Positions 47,671 through 56,925 of a DNA stretch of 64,000 nucleotides are shown piece by piece (the stretch's first letter is position 1; each line of letters starts with the position of its first letter). A model generated the notes under the pieces. It saw only the letters and a program-made list of their open reading frames with translations, did not search any database and was not told the DNA's origin. A program made the translations under genes and the position numbers. Source of the DNA: Flavobacteriia bacterium (GTDB lineage Bacteria; Bacteroidota; Bacteroidia; Flavobacteriales_D; Crocinitomicaceae). The DNA is taken from contig JBAWZN010000006.1 of the NCBI GenBank assembly GCA_037143015.1, positions 2,980 to 66,979 on the forward strand. Direction: 5' to 3'.

Positions 47671-49902
47671 TTACAGACGTAATCTTAATTCATTTAGTTT
47701 ACGGTTGTCAACTACTTCAGCTGTTTTTCTTAATGCCCCAATAACTTGACCTTGGAATGAACCTTTCAAGGTTTTCGTCATTTCATCACGTTCAACTTTA
47801 AATGAAGTACTTGCTGGCGCTTTCGTTGTTTTCATGATTTGAACCATGTACACACCGCTTTTACCTTTTAAAGGCAAGGTACGTTTGCCATCTTTCATGA
47901 CAGAAGAGAATAGCATACCAATGATTTCTGGTTCGTATCCAACGTTTGCGATTTGTGGATTAGCAAAGGTAATCTCAGCTGTTTGAACCATTAAGTTAGA
48001 TTTTTTAGCTACAGATTTCAATGAATTTCCTTTGGACATTTGGTTCATGAATCTTTTTGCTTTTTTCTCAATAATGAGCTCTCTTTCCATTTCGGCTTTC
48101 ACATTTTCAAATGTTGGCTCTCCTTCTTCCTTAATGGAACTAACCATTCCGATAATGTACTTGTCTTTATCCTTGATTGGGTAGGTAGTCAATGATCCAA
48201 CTTCAACACCTTCGCTATACGCTAACTCAAGAATTTTGTCAGAAGCCATTGAAGTGGCAAAACCGTAAGTTTTAGGTGCTTTGTCCTCTAACATAATCGA
48301 ACGAGCAACATAGTTTGCTTGACGCACGATTGTATCAAACAAGCTTACTTTTTTCAACAAGTCTGAAGTTTTACCAATTTTTCTATCCAATTTATAAAGG
48401 ATATTATTGATTTCACTTTCTTTATTGCTGATGGTTTCCTCTGAAGCCTTAAACTGTTTTGAAATGGATGCCAATACTGGAAATTTGGAAGCATCTCTTT
48501 CCATCACTTCCACAATGTGAAAACCAAATTCTGTTTTCACTACTCCAAACTTGTTCAATGGAGCTGTAGCACAATAAGAACCGAATTCTGCAACCTTATC
48601 ACCTTCAAGGAAATTATCAATAACTCCGCCTGCTTTTTTGGATTGTGTATCATCTGAGAATTTATCTGATAGTGCAACAAAGTTATCCTTGTTAATCACT
48701 TTCAATAAGCTGTCTGCAGTTTTGCGTTTTGCGTCAATTACTTTTGCGTCTTTCGATCCACCAGTTGACAACAAAATGTGACGTGCTTTCAAACGTGACG
48801 GTGTAAAGCCAATTACTTTAGAAATCACCATATTTTCTTTCATGGCATATGGACCTACCACTTGACCAATTGCAGCTAATTTGAAAATCGTATCGTAAGA
48901 AATAGGATACGTTTGGTATTGATTTGATTTTGGATTTCCTTCTGGAACAGCAGTTGAACGTTTGTTGTTGAAATAAACTTTCACGTCACTATTTCGCAAC
49001 ACGTACAATGAGTCATTTGTAGAAGTAATAAATCCAGCTTTCAATTCATTTAGCGTTGAATTCATTTTATTCGTATCAGCTTTTGATGGAGCAACAACTA
49101 CATCAAATACTTTTACCTCGCGAGAAGAAGAACGAATCGCATATTTTTTATCCGCTTTGTGCTCATCATAGTAAGCTTGTAATTCGCTTTCCGAAACCTT
49201 AATATTTGCATCTGCGATGTCTGTGTAAGGACGGAAAACAAACGATATAGATTTCGTCTCTTTCGCTGAGTAATATTTATCTTCCGCTTCTAGGTTTGTC
49301 ACGTAAGCCGCTTGATCAAGAATGCCAAAGTATTTCTCGCGTTTTCTTGTATCCATGTAGTATTGCTTTGTTCCATTCCATTGTTGAACAGCTTGTGGTT
49401 CTTTGCTCGTTTTTAACTTCGTTAGCGTTGACTGAAGTTTTTTTCTTCCTTCCACCATCGATTGAGGAGAAACAACACCTGTTAGTGAATCAATAAAAAA
49501 TTGATTTAAGTCCTGAATAATATTGAATCCATCCGTTGCCAATAAATACGCGTTTAATTCACGTTCTGAAACTGAAATCCCCAACGCTTCGTACTCTTTA
49601 TTTAGAATGGTTGAATCCACTAAATAGTTCCAGCTATTGTCATTCGCAGATTCCATGTCAGCATCTGTGAACTCTTTGTTGTTCTGCATCGCTTGGTTTC
49701 TTCCTTGCTCCTGAAATTTGGCACTTGCAACCGTATACTCTTTCGGGTCAACTTTTTCCCCGTAAACAGTCCCAATCCCATATTGACCTTCATTTATTCC
49801 CAACATTTGTTGGTAATCTGATAAGATAAATGTTGCTAATGCAAGTCCTACAACTCCAACAAGTAATCCCGATTTCGAACGTATTTTCCCGATAATTGCC
49901 AT
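47671..49902 (-). CDS. ppiD: PpiD-like periplasmic chaperone / peptidyl-prolyl isomerase
   Basis: N-terminal anchor MAIIGKIRSKSGLLVGVVGLALATFILSD (SurA_N-type), and an internal parvulin domain (KARHILL...FGFHIVEV). Confidence 0.8.
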   Translation of the reverse strand: MAIIGKIRSKSGLLVGVVGLALATFILSDYQQMLGINEGQYGIGTVYGEKVDPKEYTVASAKFQEQGRNQAMQNNKEFTDADMESANDNSWNYLVDSTILNKEYEALGISVSERELNAYLLATDGFNIIQDLNQFFIDSLTGVVSPQSMVEGRKKLQSTLTKLKTSKEPQAVQQWNGTKQYYMDTRKREKYFGILDQAAYVTNLEAEDKYYSAKETKSISFVFRPYTDIADANIKVSESELQAYYDEHKADKKYAIRSSSREVKVFDVVVAPSKADTNKMNSTLNELKAGFITSTNDSLYVLRNSDVKVYFNNKRSTAVPEGNPKSNQYQTYPISYDTIFKLAAIGQVVGPYAMKENMVISKVIGFTPSRLKARHILLSTGGSKDAKVIDAKRKTADSLLKVINKDNFVALSDKFSDDTQSKKAGGVIDNFLEGDKVAEFGSYCATAPLNKFGVVKTEFGFHIVEVMERDASKFPVLASISKQFKASEETISNKESEINNILYKLDRKIGKTSDLLKKVSLFDTIVRQANYVARSIMLEDKAPKTYGFATSMASDKILELAYSEGVEVGSLTTYPIKDKDKYIIGMVSSIKEEGEPTFENVKAEMERELIIEKKAKRFMNQMSKGNSLKSVAKKSNLMVQTAEITFANPQIANVGYEPEIIGMLFSSVMKDGKRTLPLKGKSGVYMVQIMKTTKAPASTSFKVERDEMTKTLKGSFQGQVIGALRKTAEVVDNRKLNELRLRL

Positions 49903-49961
49903 TTCACTAAATTTTAAGACTGCGAATATAGCAAGAAATGATGAAAATTACTACTATTTCG

Positions 49962-49989
49962 AATAAAAAAGGAGGCTTATTTGCCTCCT
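49962..49989 (-). terminator. Intrinsic terminator after the giant repeat-protein gene
   Basis: AGGAGGC-TTATTT-GCCTCCT hairpin with the stop codon in the loop, followed on the minus strand by TTTTTTATT. Confidence 0.6.
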
Positions 49990-52900
49990 CCTTTTTGTGT
50001 TGTTTCACCTTTCGGTTTGGTTGGATTTGTTTCATTTTGTGGACTCTGCTGTCCAGTTGAAGGTTTATTTCCACCACCTGTTGTAGGTGTTTCCTTTGTC
50101 GAAGAAGGAGTTGTTGGACTTGCTGTGGGTTTCGCCGATGGTGCCGGAGTAGAAGTGGTTGGTTTCACCGGCGGCGGCGGAGTGGGTGCAACGGTTGGTT
50201 TCACAGGCGTAGGAGCCGCCGTGGGTTTAACAGGTGTTGGAGTTACAGTCGGCTTCACTGTTGCAGGGGCTGGTTTTGCTGGAATTGTCGGCGCTTGTCC
50301 TGATTGTTGTCCATTCGTCTTATTTTGCGTCGGCTGATTCTGCTGCATCATTCCATCGGAATTGCCTGATCCGCCGTTTGGACTTCCATCATCAAAGGTG
50401 ATGAGATATGATTTCGAATCCGAACCACAAGAACTAGTCGCTGTTAAAATAACTTCGTTATTACCTGGTGTAAGTGTCAAATTTGCACTGATTGTGCCAT
50501 TCAAGTTGATGAAATTTGTCAGGTAGGCCCCATTAAACATCAACTGAATAGCTGTACTTGGCGCATAGTTCGTCACCGTTGCTGTATAATTGAGGTTCGT
50601 TGAATTCGTTGTGCTTCCAGAACTCGGATCCGTTGTTACATTCACTAAAGGTGGAATGCAACTTTGGTAACGAATCGTGCGTGATTGAGTAGATGTTCCA
50701 CATGCATTCGTTGCAGTTAACACAATTTCATTCACTCCTTCTGGCAAGGTTATTGTCGAGGTGAAATTGTTGTTGACTAAGTTGAAATTAGAGACCAGAC
50801 TTCCTGCAACTGTCAGGCTAATCCCTTGGGTATTCGGCATGTTTATAATCGTTGCTTGAAAAGGAAAAACCGGACTATTTACCCCATAAAATAAATTCAA
50901 TGGATTTTGAATGCTCACAACGGGTGGTATGCATTGATTAAAGGTAATACTCGTTGTTTGACTATCCGTCCCACAACTATTTACCGCTGATAGTACAATC
51001 TGATTTAAGCCATTGGTTAAGGTTAATACGGCTGAAATCTGACCATTGGTGAAACTAGCATTTGGAATGATGTTGCCATTCAAAGTCAAGTTGATCCCTT
51101 GTCCATTTCCAATGTTTTGAACAGTTCCAGTGAAATTGTAACTCGCATTGGTTACCGATGTGTTGGATGTAATTGGATTGCTAATATTCACGACTGGAGC
51201 AAGACATTCTTCAAATTTGATGTAAACCGTTTTCGTATCGGTGCCGCATGCATTGTTTACTGTTACTTTTATTTCATTGTTCCCGTTCGAAAGATTCACA
51301 TTCGCTGAAATGTTTCCGTTTAACAAGTTGAAATTCGATACGTTCGTTCCATTCACACTTAAACTAATTTGTGGAAGTGTTGCATTTTGGACATTCGCTG
51401 TAAAGGCATAATTGCTTGAACTCACCGTGATACTGTTGCTAGATGGATTACTGATGTTAACCACTGGTGGGACACATGGATTATATGCCACATTAACGGT
51501 TTTACTTTCTGAACCACATGCACCGTTCGCGCTCAAGACAATGCTGTTGTTTCCTGTTGATAACGGAATAGTCGCGGAAACAAGTCCAGTAGTTGGGTTG
51601 AATTGAACGTTGCTTACTGGTACTCCATTCACCGTTAAACTCAAACCTTGTGCATTCGTCATGTTTTGTACAGACGCAGCGAAAGAAATGGAATTACTGG
51701 TTGCGGTGTAGTTAGTACCGCTTGGATTGTTTATCGTTACAACGGGTGCAACACACGGCTCGTAGCGAATCACACGGCTTTGCGCATCGTTTCCACAATT
51801 ATTCGTTGCAGAAAGGGAAATGGTATTCATCCCGTTCGATAAAGTAATGTTCGCAGTTACTTGTCCATTCGTGTAGTTGAATGCACTAATTGGAGATCCG
51901 TTTAAGGTCAACAAAATCCCTTGTACCGAACTCATGTTTGTTACATTCGCTGCAAAGGTGATGACTGGATTCGAAACACCATAATTGGTGTTTAATGGAT
52001 TGGTAATGGTCACTTGAGGAGCAGTACAAGCTTGGTAATTGATGGTTGCCGTTTTAGAATCTGTTCCACACGCATTCACTGCTGAAAGGACAAAAGTGTT
52101 TATTCCGGCATTCAAGTTGACATTTGCGCTGATCACTCCATTATTTAGGGTCGCATTTGAAACAGCCATTCCATTTAACTGCAATGAAATCCCTTGTAAA
52201 CTAGACATGTGTTGAACGTTTGCTTGGAATGTGTATGCAGCATTTGTGACAGAAAGATTGTTGCTCAGTGGATTCGATATTTGAACAATCGGAGCAATAC
52301 AATTTAGGTAATTCAACGTAAGTGATTTCATATCCGTGCCACATGCGTTCGTAGCGTTTATGACAAACGTGTTCATACCGGAAGCAAGGTTAACCGATGC
52401 GGATAGTTGTCCATTCGTGAACGTATAATTTGTAATGGATGAACCATTCAAACTCAACAAGAGACCCTGTGTTGTTGTGATGTTTTGAATAGCCGCAGTA
52501 AAGGTGTAGCCAGCTGTTGCAACCGTACCATTTACATTTGCTGGACTCGAAATAGTTACGACTGGTGCAGTACAATTGGTGTAGAAAATTGTGATTGTTT
52601 TAATATCAGTGCCACAAGCATTTGTCGCTTTTAAAACGATTGTGTTCAATCCATTTTGAAGATTGAGATTTGCGCTTACGGTTCCATTGTTGAAGCTGAA
52701 ATTTGAAAGGCTCGTTCCATTCAGACTAAGGAGAATTCCTTGAGAACTTGTCATGTTTTGAACGTTCGCTTGAAAAGCAAAACTTGCTGCATTCACAGAG
52801 GTTCCGCTGTTACTTGGATTCGTTATGGCAATTGTTGGCGCCGTACACGGAGTAAATTGAATATTCCAATTGTGTTGATCGGTTCCGCAATTGTTGCTAA

Positions 52901-55900
52901 CTGTTAAAACAAAGGAATTCACACCTGAAACAGGATTCACAGTTGCGCTGAATTGGCCATTCACCAAGGTAAAGGGACGTTGGATTCCATTTTGCGTAAA
53001 CACGGTATTTTGAGTAGTTGCGTTAGCAATTGTAGCTGTTAATGTTTGTGTGGCATTGGCAACAGAAACGACTGAGCTTACATTGTTTGAGAAGTTTGAA
53101 ATGGCAGGAGCGATACAATTATCGTAATTCACGGTAATCGTTTCCACATCAACACCACAGTCATTGCTGGCATTGAAGATAATGGTGTTTAAACCTGGAC
53201 TTAAAACCAGCGCTGCAGTTACCGCATTATTTCCGTTATTGAATGAAGTAGAAACACCATTTAATTTTAAACTCATGTTTAGAGACGTTGCACCAAGTAC
53301 GTTCGCGCTAAACGGGTAATTAGCATTGGTTACGGTAGTTCCCGATGCAATCGAGGAATTTAATTGAATGGTCGGTGGAATACATTGAACATAGTTTACC
53401 GTAAATGTTTCTGCATCGTTTCCACACGCATTGTTGACAGATAAAGTAATCGTGTTGATGCCATTCGTTAGGGTAATGTTTGCGTCAATGATGCCGTTGG
53501 CAAAAGTGAAGGGGATTTGTTGTCCGTTTTTGACCAACTGGATGTTTTGTGATTGAGCAATATTGGTTGCACTTGCTTTGAATCCAAGCGTTCCAAGATT
53601 TGTTGTCCCGCCTGTTGTAGTCGGTTGAATCAAGGTGATTTGAGGTGCGATGCAGTTGTTGTAATTAACCGTGATTGTTTTGGAATCACTTCCACAAGAA
53701 ACACTTGTAACTGTCACTACAAAGGTGTTCATACCAGGAATTAGCGTGGTTACGGCATTGATGATTCCAGCTGCTTGATTAAACGCGATCGGAGAGCCAT
53801 TTTGAGTCACCGTGATGGTTTGATTCGTTGGATTGTTCGTCGTAGATGTGCTACCTACTAAGGTAGAAGAAAGCGTGCTGGCAATTAAGTTATAAATGGA
53901 GGAATTCACTGTTCCACCCGCTGAAAGAACGGTTACGTTCGGTGTAATTCCTGTACAATTGATGTAATTAAATTGAATCGTTTCAACATCTGAACCACAG
54001 TTATTCGTTGCGGTAATCGTGATGCTGTTGTTTCCATTGACAGGATTCAATCCCAATTCGATTGCACCAGTTGTCGCATTAAACGTAAAATCCGATTGCT
54101 CGATTCCGTTCACAATGACTTTGATGTTTTGTTTTGTCGCAACGTTACTTACGATTGATTTCAAACGAATCGCATTCGCTGTTGCTGTAAGTGATTGATT
54201 TTGTAAGGGACTTTGAACTGAAATCGTTGGAGCATTACAATTTTGATAATTGATGGTCGTTAGTTCCACATCGTTTCCGCATCCATTGCTTACTTCTATG
54301 TTGAAGGTGTTTATTCCGGGACTAAGTGTTGTTGGAACTTGAATTTGTCCATTTGCCGACACCGTTACATTCGGTAAGGAAAGTCCATTTTGGAAAATTT
54401 TCAACTGAACATTTGCGAGGCTTCCTGTCAATGTTGCACTAATCGTGTAATTTGCGGAATTGGTTGTCGTTCCAGAAGCACTCGGATTTAATAACTGCAG
54501 GCTTACAGGGACACAATTGTCGTAATTGATGGTTGTGGTGTATGTATTCGTTCCGCAATCATTTGTAACGGTTAATTGAAGGGTGTTGACTCCCGGAACA
54601 AGAGTAATTGCACGCTGGATTAATCCATTAGCTTGGTTGTAGGTTGCTCCATTTAGCGCCATTCCATTCATCAACAATTTGATTCCATTGGCATTTACCG
54701 ATCCAAGTACAACCGCGCTAAAAGCAAAATCGTTTGTTTTTACCGTCATGTTTCCGCCGTTAGGATTCGTGAAAGTAGCGGTAGGAGTAACGCAATTTAA
54801 AAAATTAACGAAAACCGTTGCCGTTTCACTTCCGCAACTATTACTTGCTGTCAAGGAAAAGTTGTTTTGTCCTACATGCAATTGAACCAACGCACTCACA
54901 ACATTTGTTGAAGCATTGAAATCAAAAAGTACGGGTTGATTTTGGTCATTCAACAATGTTACACCATTCGAATTTAACAAGTTACTCACTTTAAATTCAA
55001 TGCGGTATTGATTATTAGTCACAGTTTTATTGTTTCCAGACGTCAAGGTCAACACGGGCTTTGGACAATTACTTGTCGAAGTGTAATTGTTGACATTGCT
55101 AGATGTATTTTCAGATGTATTTCCCCCTCGAGATTTAAAATTTATTCTTAGATAAGCGGAAGTGTAATGGTGCCAATCATTTTTCAAGCGTGGACTTTCC
55201 GAAATAAATCCATCAAATGAATCGCCTTTGGTGAAAGTCGTCTTGTGTTCGATGCCTAAGCTCGTTCTTTTCCCTACTTGATACCCTAGTCCAAAACCTA
55301 AACTGGGCATCCATTTTACTTTGTATTGATTATTAGAACCGCCATCCAGTCGCGTTTCATAAAGTCCATCTAACGTTGAAGGTAATTGTGGTCCAATTGG
55401 ACCAGCTTGTTGCAAAGCAGTGTAATCGTACAAGGAGCTAGAATCATTGGTATACAATAAATCACCATATGTTTGAGTCCAAGTCAAGCCAATTCCCCCA
55501 AAAACATAAGGGTCAATCCCTGTCTTTTCTCGAATTCCGTTCATGTGTAAAACGAGTTCTAAGGCAAGTCGACGAACATCGGTTTGGAAGTTGTTCACAT
55601 AGATGGAATTACTATCTATGTTGTAACTATCGAGTGGACCACCTTGATAATTTGATAGTGGAGTCACGCTCGTATCTTGTCCGACCCAAGTTCCAGTAAG
55701 GTAGCGTCCACGCAGGTCGAAACTTATTTTTTTACCGTAATTATAATTGTAGGAGCGACCAAGAATGAGTCCATAACCGGAACTATTGACATTTTTCACA
55801 TCAGTTGAATTCCAGGTAACACCGGCATTTAACCCAAAAAACCATTTAGAACTGATGTCGTAATTGATTCGTTGTGCTTGTGCAAATGAGATACTTAGTA

Positions 55901-55931
55901 AGAGTATGCTGAGAAAGTACAATTTTTTCAT
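49977..55931 (-). CDS. Giant (1984 aa) protein: N-terminal OM-beta-barrel-like region + 17 tandem two-Cys Ig-like repeats + Pro/Thr/Lys-rich tail
   Basis: Signal peptide MKKLYFLSILLLSISFAQAQ from the ATG at 55931. Residues to about 275 have a porin-like Gly/aromatic alternating pattern ending in YLRINF. Seventeen units of about 92 aa each start with C(I/T/V)(A/P)P and contain N(A/N/D)CG(T/S/N)D. The C-terminal 136 aa are low complexity. No T9SS CTD. Confidence 0.8.
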   Translation of the reverse strand: MKKLYFLSILLLSISFAQAQRINYDISSKWFFGLNAGVTWNSTDVKNVNSSGYGLILGRSYNYNYGKKISFDLRGRYLTGTWVGQDTSVTPLSNYQGGPLDSYNIDSNSIYVNNFQTDVRRLALELVLHMNGIREKTGIDPYVFGGIGLTWTQTYGDLLYTNDSSSLYDYTALQQAGPIGPQLPSTLDGLYETRLDGGSNNQYKVKWMPSLGFGLGYQVGKRTSLGIEHKTTFTKGDSFDGFISESPRLKNDWHHYTSAYLRINFKSRGGNTSENTSSNVNNYTSTSNCPKPVLTLTSGNNKTVTNNQYRIEFKVSNLLNSNGVTLLNDQNQPVLFDFNASTNVVSALVQLHVGQNNFSLTASNSCGSETATVFVNFLNCVTPTATFTNPNGGNMTVKTNDFAFSAVVLGSVNANGIKLLMNGMALNGATYNQANGLIQRAITLVPGVNTLQLTVTNDCGTNTYTTTINYDNCVPVSLQLLNPSASGTTTNSANYTISATLTGSLANVQLKIFQNGLSLPNVTVSANGQIQVPTTLSPGINTFNIEVSNGCGNDVELTTINYQNCNAPTISVQSPLQNQSLTATANAIRLKSIVSNVATKQNIKVIVNGIEQSDFTFNATTGAIELGLNPVNGNNSITITATNNCGSDVETIQFNYINCTGITPNVTVLSAGGTVNSSIYNLIASTLSSTLVGSTSTTNNPTNQTITVTQNGSPIAFNQAAGIINAVTTLIPGMNTFVVTVTSVSCGSDSKTITVNYNNCIAPQITLIQPTTTGGTTNLGTLGFKASATNIAQSQNIQLVKNGQQIPFTFANGIIDANITLTNGINTITLSVNNACGNDAETFTVNYVQCIPPTIQLNSSIASGTTVTNANYPFSANVLGATSLNMSLKLNGVSTSFNNGNNAVTAALVLSPGLNTIIFNASNDCGVDVETITVNYDNCIAPAISNFSNNVSSVVSVANATQTLTATIANATTQNTVFTQNGIQRPFTLVNGQFSATVNPVSGVNSFVLTVSNNCGTDQHNWNIQFTPCTAPTIAITNPSNSGTSVNAASFAFQANVQNMTSSQGILLSLNGTSLSNFSFNNGTVSANLNLQNGLNTIVLKATNACGTDIKTITIFYTNCTAPVVTISSPANVNGTVATAGYTFTAAIQNITTTQGLLLSLNGSSITNYTFTNGQLSASVNLASGMNTFVINATNACGTDMKSLTLNYLNCIAPIVQISNPLSNNLSVTNAAYTFQANVQHMSSLQGISLQLNGMAVSNATLNNGVISANVNLNAGINTFVLSAVNACGTDSKTATINYQACTAPQVTITNPLNTNYGVSNPVITFAANVTNMSSVQGILLTLNGSPISAFNYTNGQVTANITLSNGMNTISLSATNNCGNDAQSRVIRYEPCVAPVVTINNPSGTNYTATSNSISFAASVQNMTNAQGLSLTVNGVPVSNVQFNPTTGLVSATIPLSTGNNSIVLSANGACGSESKTVNVAYNPCVPPVVNISNPSSNSITVSSSNYAFTANVQNATLPQISLSVNGTNVSNFNLLNGNISANVNLSNGNNEIKVTVNNACGTDTKTVYIKFEECLAPVVNISNPITSNTSVTNASYNFTGTVQNIGNGQGINLTLNGNIIPNASFTNGQISAVLTLTNGLNQIVLSAVNSCGTDSQTTSITFNQCIPPVVSIQNPLNLFYGVNSPVFPFQATIINMPNTQGISLTVAGSLVSNFNLVNNNFTSTITLPEGVNEIVLTATNACGTSTQSRTIRYQSCIPPLVNVTTDPSSGSTTNSTNLNYTATVTNYAPSTAIQLMFNGAYLTNFINLNGTISANLTLTPGNNEVILTATSSCGSDSKSYLITFDDGSPNGGSGNSDGMMQQNQPTQNKTNGQQSGQAPTIPAKPAPATVKPTVTPTPVKPTAAPTPVKPTVAPTPPPPVKPTTSTPAPSAKPTASPTTPSSTKETPTTGGGNKPSTGQQSPQNETNPTKPKGETTQKGGGK
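50161..50277. repeat. Imperfect 27-nt tandem repeats encoding the KPT(V/A)xPTPV tail units
   Basis: GGTTTCAC-type unit starts at 50161, 50197, 50224 and 50251. The last three are spaced by exactly 27 nt. Confidence 0.55.
50388..55067. repeat. 17 x about 275-nt in-frame tandem domain repeats inside the giant gene
   Basis: Boundaries come from counting residues (first repeat Cys is ORF residue 296; the tail is the last 136 residues). Repeats 9-16 are the most alike. Confidence 0.75.
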
Positions 55932-56030
55932 AATCGGAATTTTTAGGTGCATTACCTATTTTCATGCCAAATTTCCGAAAAAAACGAAGAGAAAAAAAAT
56001 CAACAACTGAACTTGTTGAATCGTCAGGGG

Positions 56031-56918
56031 TTATTTGAAGTAGGTGAATTTTGTAAAGCGAAGAATCAGCAGGAAATTTGTGTCGACATCACGCTGAATC
56101 GTTGATCCTAGCAATTGTGTTTTTGTGTCAAAAACAATTTGAAGATCCTTTTGAAGTTGTCCGTATCTGAAATAGTGCACCTCGATTAAATTTCCAAATG
56201 GATCATAGCGGTATTTCCATTCTTGTTCTGCCAATTCATCGCGATCGTTAAAACGAGCTTTTGCCGCCAAAAGTCCGTGCTCGTCGTAGGAAAATTTTGT
56301 AACATGTTCAATGGAGCTCATGCGGTAATTCGTTTTCTTCTCAACCAGGTAACCATCTTTGTTAAAGAAGCTCACTTCATCCATGTAAGGGAGCTTATAC
56401 GAATTGTAGCGCAATTGTTCGCATTCATTTGGGCGCACAACATATTGAAAATACTCTGTATTAATCAAATTGGATTGAAGTACTTGATGACTTTGACTTT
56501 GATAGATTTCGCGATAAGTACTTTCGGATTGAAGTCTATTCAGGGAGTCGTAAACATATTTATAAGTAGTGAATCCGCCATTTTCTGTTTTCCGATGTTC
56601 AACAAGGAGGTTGCTGGCATTAAAGCAATATTGATGAAGCGTAGTATCTTTTTTTCGGTTGACGGTCCGAATATCTAAACTTTCGAGCAGCCGACCTTTT
56701 TCATCGAAACGGTAACGAAACCAATCAGAACTTTCCCGAATGACTTCTCCGGTTTTTTTAGTCGAGTAGTTTCCCTCTATGGATTTGATGTGATTGGATC
56801 GAATGACATCCGCATTGAAAAAGGGAGTTTCTGTAAACGCTTCTCCTTCTTGATTGAGAAGAATTTGCGAATGACAGAATAGTGGAAAAAGAATTAAAAA
56901 TCCAAACGCGATTTTCAC
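56031..56918 (-). CDS. Small secreted protein with YD/RHS-like repeat motifs
   Basis: 295 aa with a signal peptide. Repeated motifs YRFDEKGRLLES, YVYDSLNRLQSE, FSYDEHGLLAAK, YRYDPFGNLIEV resemble YD repeats. It starts 7 nt after the glyQS stop. Confidence 0.45.
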   Translation of the reverse strand: MKIAFGFLILFPLFCHSQILLNQEGEAFTETPFFNADVIRSNHIKSIEGNYSTKKTGEVIRESSDWFRYRFDEKGRLLESLDIRTVNRKKDTTLHQYCFNASNLLVEHRKTENGGFTTYKYVYDSLNRLQSESTYREIYQSQSHQVLQSNLINTEYFQYVVRPNECEQLRYNSYKLPYMDEVSFFNKDGYLVEKKTNYRMSSIEHVTKFSYDEHGLLAAKARFNDRDELAEQEWKYRYDPFGNLIEVHYFRYGQLQKDLQIVFDTKTQLLGSTIQRDVDTNFLLILRFTKFTYFK

Positions 56919-56925
56919 TCTTGCT

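Noticed and set aside
49981-50337. 118-aa plus-strand ORF (Gly/Val-rich) opposite the end of the giant gene
   Set aside because: It is the antisense reading of the Pro/Thr/Lys low-complexity tail. It has no start context and its composition is a mirror artefact.
56223-56678. 151-aa plus-strand ORF
   Set aside because: It lies entirely antisense within the YD-like gene and has no family features.
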